Positions 1 through 14,800 of a stretch of DNA of 64,000 nucleotides are shown piece after piece. A program made the translations under genes and the position numbers. The stretch comes from the human T2T-CHM13v2.0 reference genome, Homo sapiens, in the NCBI RefSeq assembly GCF_009914755.1, contig NC_060940.1, one strand, 5' to 3'. Position 1 is the first letter of the stretch; the number at the start of each line of letters is the position of its first letter. The notes under the pieces are model-generated. The model ran no database searches. It saw nothing but the letters and a program-made list of their open reading frames with translations, and was not told the origin of the DNA.

Positions 1-491
1 CATTCATTTCCATTCAATGATTCCATTCGAGTCCATTTGATCATTCCGGTAGGGTCCATTCGATGTTGATTCCATTGGAGTGCATTCGATGATTCCATTC
101 GAGTCCATTTTAGGATTTGATTCGAGTCCTTTCGATGATTCCATTCGATTCCACTCGATGATGATTTCATTCGAGTCCATTCGACACGTCCAATCGATTC
201 CATTTGATGATTCCATTCGAGTCCAATTGATGATTCCATTCAATTCCATTCGATGATGATTCCGTACGATTCCATTCTGTGATGATTCCATGTGATTGCA
301 TTCAATGATGATTCCTTTCGATTGCATTCGATTATGATTCATTTCGTGTTCATTCTATGGTTCCACAGGTTTCCATTCGTGTCCATTCCATTATTCCATT
401 CTATTCCATTTGATGATGATTCCATTCGATTCCATTCATTGGTGATTCCACTCAATTCCATTCAATGATTCCATTCCATTTCTTTCAACAA

Positions 492-502
492 TGATTCCAT
501 TA
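492..502 (-). promoter_or_regulatory. DUX4-type double-homeobox motif TAATGGAATCA (representative copy; at least 8 per unit)
   Basis: tgattccatta on + matches the reverse complement of the DUX4 consensus TAAYBBAATCA. Further U1 copies start at 1839, 2752, 2981, 3651, 4295, 4344 and 5816. This is a motif match only; binding cannot be seen from sequence. Confidence 0.45.
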
Positions 503-3500
503 GTTTCTAATCGATGATCCACTTGATTCCATTTGACGACGATTCCATTCTTGTCAATTCGATGATTCCATTTGATTCCATATGATGATGATTCCATTCG
601 ATTCCATACCATAATGATTCCATTCGAGTCCATTCAATGGTGATTCCATTCAATTCCATTCGATGATTCCTTTCGATTCCATTCGATGATGATGGCATTC
701 GATTCCTTTCAATCATTCCCTTTGATTCCATTCAAAGGTGATTTCATTCAAGTCCATTCGATAATTGCATTCGATTCCATTCTATGATGATTCCATTCGA
801 GTCCATTTGATGATTCCATTCAATTCAAGTCAATGATGATTCCATTCGATTCCATTCGATGATTCCTTTGGATTCCATTCGATGATGATTCCATTCAAAT
901 CCATTCGATAATTCAATTCAAGTCCATTCGATGATGATTCCAATCGAATCCATTCAAAGATTCCATTCAGTTCCATTCGATGATTCCCTTAGATTCCATT
1001 CGATGATTCCACTTGATTGCATTTACGATGATTCCATTCGATTCCATGTGATGATGCCATTCAATTCTATTCAATGATGTCTCCATTTGATTCCATTCGA
1101 CCATGATTGCCTTTGATTCCATTCAATGATTCCATTCGGTTCCGTTTGATGATGATTCCGTTCGATTCCATTTGATGATTCCATTTGATTCCATTGGATG
1201 AGTCCATTCGATTACATTCGATGATTATTCCATTCGAGTGCATTAGATGATTCCATTCGAGTCCATTCGATGATTCCATTCGATTCCATTCGATGTTGAT
1301 TCTGTTCAAATCCATTCGATGATTCCACTCGATTCCATTCGTTGACTCCATTTGATCCCATTCGATGATTTCCTTTGATTCCCTTTGATGATCATTCCAT
1401 TTGATTCAATTCGGTGATTTCATTTGATTCCATTCAGTGATGTTTCCATTCGACTCCATTCGATGATGATTCCATTCGACTCCATTCGATTATGATTTCA
1501 TTCAATTCCATTCGATAATGATTCCCTTCGAGTCCATTCGATGATTCCATTCGATTCCATTCAACGATGATTTGATTCGTGTCCATTCGATGATTCCATT
1601 TGATTCCACTTGATGATGATTCCATTCGAGTCCATTTGATGATTCCATTCAATTCCATACTCCGATGATTTCTTTTGAGCCCACTCAATGCTTCCACTCG
1701 ATTCCATATGATGATGACTCCATTCGATGAAATTCGATGATGATTCCATTCGCTTGCTTTCGATGATGATTCCACTTGAGTCCGTTAGAAGATTCTATTC
1801 AATTACATTCCATGACGATTCCGTTCGAGTCCATTTGATGATTCCATTAGACTCCATTCGACGATGATTCCATTCGATGTTATTCGATGATTCCATTCGA
1901 TCTCATTCGATGATGATTCCATTCAACTCCATTCGATGTTTCCATTCGAGTTCATTCTATTATTCCATTAGATTCCATTCGATGATGATTCCATTCGATT
2001 CCATTTGATGATTGCATTCTATTTCATTTGATGATGATTCCATTCGAGTCCACTCGATGATTCCATTCGAGTCCATTTAATGAATCCATTGGTTTCAATT
2101 CTATGATGATTACATTGGATTCCATTCGTTGATGATTTCATTCGGTTCCATTCAATGATGATTCCATTCAATTCCTTTCAATGTTTCCATTCAATTCCAT
2201 ACGATGATGATTCCATTTGATTTGATTCGACAGTGAGCCATTCGATTCAATCCCATGATGATTCTATTTGATTCAATTGGTTGACATTTCCATTCGATTC
2301 CATTCGATGATGATTCCCTTTGATTCCGTTCAAAGATGATTCCATTCTAGCCCATTCAATCATTCCATTCGATTCTATTCAATGATGATTCCATTCATGT
2401 CGATTTGGTGATTCCATTTGACTTCATTTGATGATGATTCCTTTCAAGTTCATTAGATGATTCCATTCGATTCCATTTGATGATGATCCCATTCGAGTCC
2501 ATTCAGTGATTCCATTCGTTTCCATTCCATGATGATTCCATTCCTTTCCATTCAATGATTCCATTCGATTCCGTTTGATGATGATTTCATTCGAGTCCAT
2601 TTGATGATTCCATTTGATTCCATTCGATGATGATTCCATTCGAGTCCATTCGATGATTCTATTCGAATCCATTTGATGATTTCTTTTGATTATATTTGGT
2701 GATGATTCCATTGGAGTCCATTCAATGATTCCATTCTATTCCAATCGATGATGATTCCATTAGAGTCCATTTAATGATTCCATTTGATTCCAGTCTCTGA
2801 TGATTACATTCGAGTCCATACGATGATTCCACTCAATTCCATATGATGATGATTCCATTTGATTCCATTCGGTGATTCCATTCTATTCTATTCAATGGTG
2901 ATTCCATTCGAGTACATTAGATGATTCCATTCGATTCCATTCAATGATGATTCTATTTGTGTCCCTTAGATGATTCCACATGATTCCATTAGATGATGAT
3001 ACTATTTGAGCCCATCCAATGATTCCCTTCGTTTCCATTCGATGAGGATTCCATTCGATTCAATTCATTGGTGATTCTATTCAATTCAATTCTTTGATTC
3101 CATTCCATTCCATTCGACAATGATTCCATTCGATTTCTTTCGATGATTCCACTCGATTCCACTTGACATTGATTCCATTCGATTCCATTCAATGATTCCA
3201 TTTGATTCCAGTGGATGATGATTGCCATCGATTCCATTCGATCACTCCATTCTATTCCATTTGATGATGATTACATTCGATTCCATTTGATGATTCCATC
3301 TGATTCTATTCGAGGATTCCATTTGATTCCATTCGATGATGATTCCATTCGAGTCCATTCGATGATTTCATTCGAGTACATCCAATGATTCCATTCGAGT
3401 CCATTTGATGATTCCATTTGATTCCATTTGAAAATGTTTCTACTAGAGTCCATTCAATGACTCCATTCGAGTCCATTCAACAATTCCATTCGACTCCATT

Positions 3501-4730
3501 CGATGATTCCATTCGATTCTATTTGATGGTTCCATTCGAGTCCATTTAATCATTACAGTCGAGTCCATTTGGTGATTCCACTGGATTTCTTTTGATAATG
3601 ATACCATTCAATTACATTTGATGATGATCCCATTCAATTTCATTTGATGATGATTCCATTAGAGTCCATTCGATGATTTCATTCGAGTCCCTTCATTGAT
3701 TCCATCCAATTTCATTGGATGATGACTCCATTCGAGTCCATTCGATGATTCCACTCGATTCCATTAGATGACTCCATTGGAGTCCATTTGATTGTTCCAT
3801 TCGATTCCATTCGATTCCTTTCGAAGATTATTCCATTTGAGTCCATTCGATGATGATTCCATTCCATTCCATTCGATGATTCCGTTTGATTCCATTCGAT
3901 GATTCCCTTCGATTCCTTTCTTTGATGATTCCATTCCATTCCATTCAATGATTCCATTCGAATCTATTCCATGATGATTCCTTTCGATTCCATTCGCTGA
4001 TGTTTCCGTTCAATTCCATTCGATGATGATTCCATTCGATTCCATTCATTGAGGATTCCATTTGATTCCATTCAATGATGATTCCATTCTATTCCATTCA
4101 ATGATTGCATTCAATTCCATTCAATGATTATCCCATTAGAGTAAACTCAACGATTCCATTCAATACCATTCGATGATGATTCCTTTTGAGTCCATTCAAT
4201 GATTTCATTCAAGTCCATTTGATGATTCCTTTCAATTCCATTCTATGATGATTCCATTCGAGTCCATTCGATGATTCCATTCGATTGCATTCGATGATTC
4301 CATTATATTCCAGTCAACGATGATTCCATTCGAGTCCATTCGATGATTCCATTAGAGTACATTTAATGATTGCTTTGTTTTCAATTCGAAGATGATTACA
4401 TTGGATTCCATTCTATGATACCATTCGATTCCATTCAATGATGATTCCACTCAAATCCATTGGATGATTCCATTCGTGTCCATTCGGTGATTTCATTAGA
4501 TTCCATTCGAGGATGATTCCATTCGATTCCATTCGATGATTCCATTCAATTCCATTCGATGATGATTCCATTCCAGTCCATATGATCATTCCATTTGATT
4601 TCATTCGATGATGATTCCATTCAATTCGATTCGACGATTCCATTCTATTCCATTCGATGATGATTCCATTCGAGTCCATTCGATGATTCCATTCGAGTCC
4701 ATTTAATGATTCCATTGGGTTCAATTCAAT

Positions 4731-5508
4731 GATGATTACATTGGATTCCGTTCTATGATTCCATTCAATTCCGTTCATTGACAATTTGATTCCATTCGAT
4801 GATGATTCCATTTGAGTTCATTCGATGATTCTATTCGATTCTCTTCGATGGTGATTCAATTCTATTATATTGGATGATTCCATTCGATTCCATTTGATGT
4901 TGATTCAATTCGATTCTATTCGATGATGATTCCATTGGATTTCACTTGATGATTCTATTCGATTCCATTCAATGATGATTCACTTCTCGTCCATTGGATG
5001 ATTCCATTTCATTCCATTCGATGATGATTCCATTCGATTCCATTCGATGATTCCATTTGATTCCATGCGACGGTGAGCAATTCGATTCAATTCCATGATG
5101 ATTCTATTTGATTCAATTAGATGATGTTTCCATTCGAATCCATTCCATGATTATTCCATTGGAATCCATTCGGCGATGATTCCATATGAGTCAATTCAAT
5201 GATGATTCCATATGGGTCCGTTCGATGATAATTCCATTTGATTTCATTCGATGCTTCTATTCTATTCCAGTCGATGATGATTCCGTTGGAGTCCATACGA
5301 TGATTCCATCTGATTTCATTTGATGATGATTCCATTCGATGATGATTACATTGGATTCCATTCTATGATTCCATTCAATTCCATTCGTTGATGATTCGAT
5401 TCCATTCAATGATGATTCCATTTGAGTTCATTCGATGATTCTATTCGATTCCGTTCGATGGTGATTCAATTCTATTATATTGGATGATTCCACTCGATTC
5501 CATTTGAT
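4731..5508 (+). repeat. Intra-unit direct duplication of about 168 bp (4731-4898 and 5341-5508, offset 610), present in every complete unit
   Basis: Both copies begin gatgattacattggattcc and share non-consensus words ccatttgagttcattcgatgattctattcg and gatggtgattcaattctattatattggatgattcc (tctattatat at 4861 and 5471). Confidence 0.85.
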
Positions 5509-6112
5509 GATTATTCCATTGGAGTCCACTTAGTGAATCCTTTAGATTCTACTCGACGATGATTCCATTCGAGTCCATTCGATGATACCATTCAATTCCA
5601 TTCGTTGATGCTTCCATTCAAGTGCATTCGATGATATCATTCGATTCCATTTGATGATAATTCCATTTGATTCCGTGCGATGATTCTATTCGATTCCATT
5701 CAATGATAATTCCATTCAATTCAGTGATTCCTCTGGACTCCATTTGATGATGATTCCATTCAATGATTCCATTCGATTCTATTCGAAAATGATTCCATTT
5801 GAATCCATTTGATGATGATTCCATTAGATTCCATTTGATGATTCCATTCGATTCCATTCGACGATGATTCCATTCGATTCCGTTTGATGATTCCATTCTA
5901 TTCTATTCGATGATGATTCCATTCGATTCCATTCGATGATGATTGGATTCGATTCCATTTGATGATTTCATTTGATTCCATTCGTTAATGATTTCGATCA
6001 ATTCCATTCGATGATTCCATTCGATTCCATTCGATAATGATTACATCCGAGTCCATTCGATGATTCCCTTTGAGCCTGTTCGATAATTCCATTTGAGTCC
6101 AACCAATGATTC

Positions 6113-9100
6113 CATTCATTTCCATTCAATGATTCCATTCGAGTCCATTTGATCATTCCGGTAGGGTCCATTCGATGTTGATTCCATTGGAGTGCATTCG
6201 ATGATTCCATTCGAGTCCATTTTAGGATTTGATTCGAGTCCTTTCGATGATTCCATTCGATTCCACTCGATGATGATTTCATTCGAGTCCATTCGACACT
6301 TCCAATCGATTCCATTTGATGATTCCATTCGAGTCCAATTGATGATTCCATTCAATTCCATTCGATGATGATTCCGTACGATTCCATTCTGTGATGATTC
6401 CATGTGATTGCATTCAATGATGATTCCTTTCGATTGCATTCGATTATGATTCATTTCGTGTTCATTCTATGGTTCCACAGGTTTCCATTCGTGTCCATTC
6501 CATTATTCCATTCTATTCCATTTGATGATGATTCCATTCGATTCCATTCATTGGTGATTCCACTCAATTCCATTCAATGATTCCATTCCATTTCTTTCAA
6601 CAATGATTCCATTAGTTTCTAATCGATGATCCACTTGATTCCATTTGACGACGATTCCATTCTTGTCCATTCGATGATTCCATTTGATTCCATATGATGA
6701 TGATTCCATTCGATTCCATACCATGATGATTCCATTCGAGTCCATTCAATGGTGATTCCATTCAATTCCATTCGATGATTCCTTTTGATTCCATTCGATG
6801 ATGATGGCATTCGATTCCTTTCAATCATTCCCTTTGATTCCATTCAAAGGTGATTTCATTCAAGTCCATTCGATAATTGCATTCGATTCCATTCTATGAT
6901 GATTCCATTCGAGTCCATTTGATGATTCCATTCAATTCAAGTCAATGATGATTCCATTCGATTCCATTCGATGATTCCATTGGATTCCATTCGATGATGA
7001 TTCCATTCAAATCCATTCGATAATTCAATTCAAGTCCATTCGATGATGATTCCAATCGAATCCATTCAAAGATTCCATTCAGTTCCATTCGATGATTCCC
7101 TTAGATTCCATTCGATGATTCCACTTGATTGCATTTACGATGATTCCATTCGATTCCATGTGATGATTCCATTCAATTCTATTCAATGATGTCTCCATTT
7201 GATTCCATTCGACCATGATTGCCTTTGATTCCATTCAATGATTCCATTCGGTTCCGTTTGATGATGATTCCGTTCGATTCCATTTGATGATTCCATTTGA
7301 TTCCATTGGATGAGTCCATTCGATTACATTCGATGATTATTCCATTCGAGTGCATTAGATGATTCCATTCGAGTCCATTCGATGATTCCATTCGATTCCA
7401 TTCGATGTTGATTCTGTTCAAATCCATTCGATGATTCCACTCGATTCCATTCGTTGACTCCATTTGATCCCATTCGATGATTTCCTTTGATTCCCTTTGA
7501 TGATCATTCCATTTGATTCAATTCGGTGATTTCATTTGATTCCATTCAGTGATGTTTCCATTCGACTCCATTCGATGATGATTCCATTCGACTCCATTCG
7601 ATTATGATTTCATTCAATTCCATTCGATAATGATTCCCTTCGAGTCCATTCGATGATTCCATTCGATTCCATTCAACGATGATTTGATTCGTGTCCATTC
7701 GATGATTCCATTTGATTCCACTTGATGATGATTCCATTCGAGTCCATTTGATGATTCCATTCAATTCCATACTCCGATGATTTCTTTTGAGCCCACTCAA
7801 TGCTTCCACTCGATTCCATATGATGATGACTCCATTCGATGAAATTCGATGATGATTCCATTCGCTTGCTTTCGATGATGATTCCACTTGAGTCCGTTAG
7901 AAGATTCTATTCAATTACATTCCAGGACGATTCCGTTCGAGTCCATTTGATGATTCCATTAGACTCCATTCGACGATGATTCCATTCGATGTTATTCGAT
8001 GATTCCATTCGATCTCATTCGATGATGATTCCATTCAACTCCATTCGATGTTTCCATTCGAGTTCATTCTATTATTCCATTAGATTCCATTCGATGATGA
8101 TTCCATTCGATTCCATTTGATGATTGCATTCTATTTCATTTGATGATGATTCCATTCGAGTCCACTCGATGATTCCATTCGAGTCCATTTAATGAATCCA
8201 TTGGTTTCAATTCTATGATGATTACATTGGATTCCATTCGTTGATGATTTCATTCGGTTCCATTCCATGATGATTCCATTCCTTTCCATTCAATGATTCC
8301 ATTCGATTCCGTTTGATGATGATTTCATTCGAGTCCATTTGATGATTCCATTTGATTTCTTTCGATGATGATTCCATTCGAGTCCATTCGATGATTCTAT
8401 TCGAATCCATTTGATGATTTCTTTTGATTATATTTGGTGATGATTCCATTGGAGTCCATTCAATGATTCCATTCTATTCCAATCGATGATGATTCCATTA
8501 GAGTCCATTTAATGATTCCATTTGATTCCAGTCTCTGATGATTACATTCGAGTCCATACGATGATTCCACTCAATTCCATATGATGATGATTCCATTTGA
8601 TTCCATTCGGTGATTCCGTTCTATTCTATTCAATGGTGATTCCATTCGAGTACATTAGATGATTCCATTCGATTCCATTCATTGATGATTCTATTTGTGT
8701 CCCTTAGATGATTCCACATGATTCCATTAGATGATGATACTATTTGAGCCCATCCAATGATTCCCTTCGATTCCATTCGATGAGGATTCCATTCGATTCA
8801 ATTCATTGGTGATTCTATTCAATTCAATTCTTTGATTCCATTCCATTCCATTCGACAATGATTCCATTCGATTTCTTTCGATGATTCCACTCGATTCCAC
8901 TTGACATTGATTCCATTCGATTCCATTCAATGATTCCATTTGATTCCAGTGGATGATGATTGCCATCGATTCCATTCGATCACTCCATTCTATTCCATTT
9001 GATGATGATTACATTCGATTCCATTTGATGATTCCATCTGATTCTATTCGAGGATTCCATTTGATTCCATTCGATGATGATTCCATTCGAGTCCATTCGA

Positions 9101-11850
9101 TGATTTCATTCGAGTACATCCAATGATTCCATTCGAGTCCATTAGATGATTCCATTTGATTCCATTTGAAAATGATTCTACTAGAGTCCATTCAATGACT
9201 CCATTCGAGTCCATTCAACAATTCCATTCGACTCCATTCGATGATTCCATTCGATTCCATTTGATGGTTCCATTTGAGTCCATTTAATCATTACAGTCGA
9301 GTCCATTTGGTGATTCCACTGGATTTCTTTTGATAATGATACCATTCAATTACATTTGATGATGATCCCATTCAATTTCATTTGATGATGATTCCATTAG
9401 AGTCCATTCGATGATTTCATTCGAGTCCCTTCATTGATTCCATCCGATTTCATTGGATGATGACTCCATTCGAGTCCATTCGATGATTCCACTCGATTCC
9501 ATTAGATGACTCCATTGGAGTCCATTTGATTGTTCCATTCGATTCCATTTGATTCCTTTCGAAGATTATTCCATTTGAGTCCATTCGATGATGATTCCAT
9601 TCCATTCCATTCCATGATTCCGTTTGATTCCATTCGATGATTCCCTTCGATTCCTTTCTTTGATGATTCCATTCCATTCCATTCAATGATTCCATTCGAA
9701 TCTATTCCATGATGATTCCTTTCGATTCCATTCGCTGATGTTTCCGTTCAATTCCATTCGATGATGATTCCATTCGATTCCATTCATTGAGGATTCCATT
9801 TGATTCCATTCAATGATGATTCCATTCTATTCCATTCAATGATTGCATTCAATTCCATTCAATGATTATCCCATTAGAGTAAACTCAACGATTCCATTCA
9901 ATATCATTCGATGATGATTCCTTTTGAGTCCATTCAATGATTTCATTCAAGTCCATTTGATGATTCCTTTCAATTCCATTCTATGATGATTCCATTCGAG
10001 TCCATTCGATGATTCCATTCGATTGCATTCGATGATTCCAATATATTCCATTCAACGATGATTCCATTCGAGTCCGTTCCATGATTCCATTAGAGTACAT
10101 TTAATGATTGCTTTGTTTTCAATTCGAAGATGATTACATTGGATTCCATTCTATGATACCATTCGATTCCATTCAATGATGATTCCACTCAAATCCATTG
10201 GATGATTCCATTCGTGTCCATTCGGTGATTTCATTAGATTCCATTCGAGGATGATTCCATTCGATTCCATTCGATGATTCCATTCAATTCCATTCGATGA
10301 TGATTCCATTCCAGTCCATATGATCATTCCATTTGATTTCATTCGATGATGATTCCATTCGATTCCATTCGACGATTCCATTCTATTCCATTCAATGATG
10401 ATTCCATTCGAGTCCATTCGATGATTCCATTCGAGTCCATTTAATGATTCCATTGGGTTCAATTCAATGATGATTACATTGGATTCCGTTCTATGATTCC
10501 ATTCAATTCCGTTCATTGACAATTTGATTCCATTCGATGATGATTCCATTTGAGTTCATTCGATGATTCTATTCGATTCTCTTCGATGGTGATTCAATTC
10601 TATTATATTGGATGATTCCATTCGATTCCATTTGATGTTGATTCAATTCGATTCTATTCGATGATGATTCCATTGGATTTCACTTGATGATTCTATTCGA
10701 TTCCATTCAATGATGATTCACTTCTCGTCCATTGGATGATTCCATTTCATTCCATTCGATGATGATTCCATTCGATTCCATTCGATGATTCCATTTGATT
10801 CCATGCGACGGTGAGCAATTCGATTCAATTCCATGATGATTCTATTTGATTCAATTAGATGATGTTTCCATTCGAATCCATTCCATGATTATTCCATTGG
10901 AATCCATTCGGCGATGATTCCATATGAGTCAATTCAATGATGATTCCATATGGGTCCGTTCGATGATAATTCCATTTGATTTCATTCGATGCTTCTATTC
11001 TATTCCAGTCGATGATGATTCCGTTGGAGTCCATACGATGATTCCATTTGATTTCATTTGATGATGATTCCATTCGATGATGATTACATTGGATTCCATT
11101 CTATGATTCCATTCAATTCCATTCGTTGATGATTCGATTCCATTCAATGATGATTCCATTTGAGTTCATTCGATGATTCTATTCGATTCCGTTCGATGGT
11201 GATTCAATTCTATTATATTGGATGATTCCACTCGATTCCATTTGATGATTATTCCATTGGAGTCCACTTAGTGAATCCTTTAGATTCTACTCGACGATGA
11301 TTCCATTCGAGTCCATTCGATGATACCATTCAATTCCATTCGTTGATGCTTCCATTCAAGTGCATTCGATGATATCATTCGATTCCATTTGATGATAATT
11401 CCATTTGATTCCGTGCGATGATTCTATTCGATTCCATTCAATGATAATTCCATTCAATTCAGTGATTCCTCTGGACTCCATTTGATGATGATTCCATTCA
11501 ATGATTCCATTCGATTCTATTCGAAAATGATTCCATTTGAATCCATTTGATGATGATTCCATTAGATTCCATTTGATGATTCCATTCGATTCCATTCGAC
11601 GATGATTCCATTCGATTCCGTTTGATGATTCCATTCTATTCTATTCGATGATGATTCCATTCGATTCCATTCGATGATGATTGGATTCGATTCCATTTGA
11701 TGATTTCATTTGATTCCTTTCGTTAATGATTTCGATCAATTCCATTCGATGATTCCATTCGATTCCATTCGATAATGATTACATCCGAGTCCATTCGATG
11801 ATTCCCTTTGAGCCTGTTCGATAATTCCATTTGAGTCCAACCAATGATTC
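6113..11850 (+). repeat. Unit U2, short variant of 5,738 bp (374-bp deletion)
   Basis: Landmark offset 6116 to 11854 is 5738. Junction cattcggttccattc|catgatgattccattcctttcc at 8251-8287 lacks the U1 segment 2154-2527. Confidence 0.95.
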
Positions 11851-14800
11851 CATTCATTTCCATTCAATGATTCCATTCGAGTCCATTTGATCATTCCGGT
11901 AGGGTCCATTCGATGTTGATTCCATTGGAGTGCATTCGATGATTCCATTCGAGTCCATTTTAGGATTTGATTCGAGTCCTTTCGATGATTCCATTCGATT
12001 CCACTCGATGATGATTTCATTCGAGTCCATTCGACACTTCCAATCGATTCCATTTGATGATTCCATTCGAGTCCAATTGATGATTCCATTCAATTCCATT
12101 CGATGATGATTCCGTACGATTCCATTCTGTGATGATTCCATGTGATTGCATTCAATGATGATTCCTTTCGATTGCATTCGATTATGATTCATTTCGTGTT
12201 CATTCTATGGTTCCACAGGTTTCCATTCGTGTCCATTCCATTATTCCATTCTATTCCATTTGATGATGATTCCATTCGATTCCATTCATTGGTGATTCCA
12301 CTCAATTCCATTCAATGATTCCATTCCATTTCTTTCAACAATGATTCCATTAGTTTCTAATCGATGATCCACTTGATTCCATTTGACGACGATTCCATTC
12401 TTGTCCATTCGATGATTCCATTTGATTCCATATGATGATGATTCCATTCGATTCCATACCATGATGATTCCATTCGAGTCCATTCAATGGTGATTCCATT
12501 CAATTCCATTCGATGATTCCTTTTGATTCCATTCGATGATGATGGCATTCGATTCCTTTCAATCATTCCCTTTGATTCCATTCAAAGGTGATTTCATTCA
12601 AGTCCATTCGATAATTGCATTCGATTCCATTCTATGATGATTCCATTCGAGTCCATTTGATGATTCCATTCAATTCAAGTCAATGATGATTCCATTCGAT
12701 TCCATTCGATGATTCCATTGGATTCCATTCGATGATGATTCCATTCAAATCCATTCGATAATTCAATTCAAGTCCATTCGATGATGATTCCAATCGAATC
12801 CATTCAAAGATTCCATTCAGTTCCATTCGATGATTCCCTTAGATTCCATTCGATGATTCCACTTGATTGCATTTACGATGATTCCATTCGATTCCATGTG
12901 ATGATTCCATTCAATTCTATTCAATGATGTCTCCATTTGATTCCATTCGACCATGATTGCCTTTGATTCCATTCAATGATTCCATTCGGTTCCGTTTGAT
13001 GATGATTCCGTTCGATTCCATTTGATGATTCCATTTGATTCCATTGGATGAGTCCATTCGATTACATTCGATGATTATTCCATTCGAGTGCATTAGATGA
13101 TTCCATTCGAGTCCATTCGATGATTCCATTCGATTCCATTCGATGTTGATTCTGTTCAAATCCATTCGATGATTCCACTCGATTCCATTCGTTGACTCCA
13201 TTTGATCCCATTCGATGATTTCCTTTGATTCCCTTTGATGATCATTCCATTTGATTCAATTCGGTGATTTCATTTGATTCCATTCAGTGATGTTTCCATT
13301 CGACTCCATTCGATGATGATTCCATTCGACTCCATTCGATTATGATTTCATTCAATTCCATTCGATAATGATTCCCTTCGAGTCCATTCGATGATTCCAT
13401 TCGATTCCATTCAACGATGATTTGATTCGTGTCCATTCGATGATTCCATTTGATTCCACTTGATGATGATTCCATTCGAGTCCATTTGATGATTCCATTC
13501 AATTCCATACTCCGATGATTTCTTTTGAGCCCACTCAATGCTTCCACTCGATTCCATATGATGATGACTCCATTCGATGAAATTCGATGATGATTCCATT
13601 CGCTTGCTTTCGATGATGATTCCACTTGAGTCCGTTAGAAGATTCTATTCAATTACATTCCAGGACGATTCCGTTCGAGTCCATTTGATGATTCCATTAG
13701 ACTCCATTCGACGATGATTCCATTCGATGTTATTCGATGATTCCATTCGATCTCATTCGATGATGATTCCATTCAACTCCATTCGATGTTTCCATTCGAG
13801 TTCATTCTATTATTCCATTAGATTCCATTCGATGATGATTCCATTCGATTCCATTTGATGATTGCATTCTATTTCATTTGATGATGATTCCATTCGAGTC
13901 CACTCGATGATTCCATTCGAGTCCATTTAATGAATCCATTGGTTTCAATTCTATGATGATTACATTGGATTCCATTCGTTGATGATTTCATTCGGTTCCA
14001 TTCCATGATGATTCCATTCCTTTCCATTCAATGATTCCATTCGATTCCGTTTGATGATGATTTCATTCGAGTCCATTTGATGATTCCATTTGATTTCTTT
14101 CGATGATGATTCCATTCGAGTCCATTCGATGATTCTATTCGAATCCATTTGATGATTTCTTTTGATTATATTTGGTGATGATTCCATTGGAGTCCATTCA
14201 ATGATTCCATTCTATTCCAATCGATGATGATTCCATTAGAGTCCATTTAATGATTCCATTTGATTCCAGTCTCTGATGATTACATTCGAGTCCATACGAT
14301 GATTCCACTCAATTCCATATGATGATGATTCCATTTGATTCCATTCGGTGATTCCGTTCTATTCTATTCAATGGTGATTCCATTCGAGTACATTAGATGA
14401 TTCCATTCGATTCCATTCATTGATGATTCTATTTGTGTCCCTTAGATGATTCCACATGATTCCATTAGATGATGATACTATTTGAGCCCATCCAATGATT
14501 CCCTTCGATTCCATTCGATGAGGATTCCATTCGATTCAATTCATTGGTGATTCTATTCAATTCAATTCTTTGATTCCATTCCATTCCATTCGACAATGAT
14601 TCCATTCGATTTCTTTCGATGATTCCACTCGATTCCACTTGACATTGATTCCATTCGATTCCATTCAATGATTCCATTTGATTCCAGTGGATGATGATTG
14701 CCATCGATTCCATTCGATCACTCCATTCTATTCCATTTGATGATGATTACATTCGATTCCATTTGATGATTCCATCTGATTCTATTCGAGGATTCCATTT

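Larger units (their letters stand above)
1..6112 (+). repeat. 6,112-bp unit U1 (full length; phase set arbitrarily at the window start)
   Basis: Landmark ORF 'MNHNR' at 4 recurs at 6116 (offset 6112); the opening sequence cattcatttccattcaatga recurs at 6113. Confidence 0.95.

Noticed and set aside
41-60. GC-richer landmark words (ccggtagggtcc, ccacaggtttcc, cgcttgcttt, gcgacggtgagc) as possible regulatory or splice elements
   Set aside because: Each aligns in register to the monomer as a multiply substituted copy. They recur only because the unit was amplified, so conservation between units is not evidence of function.
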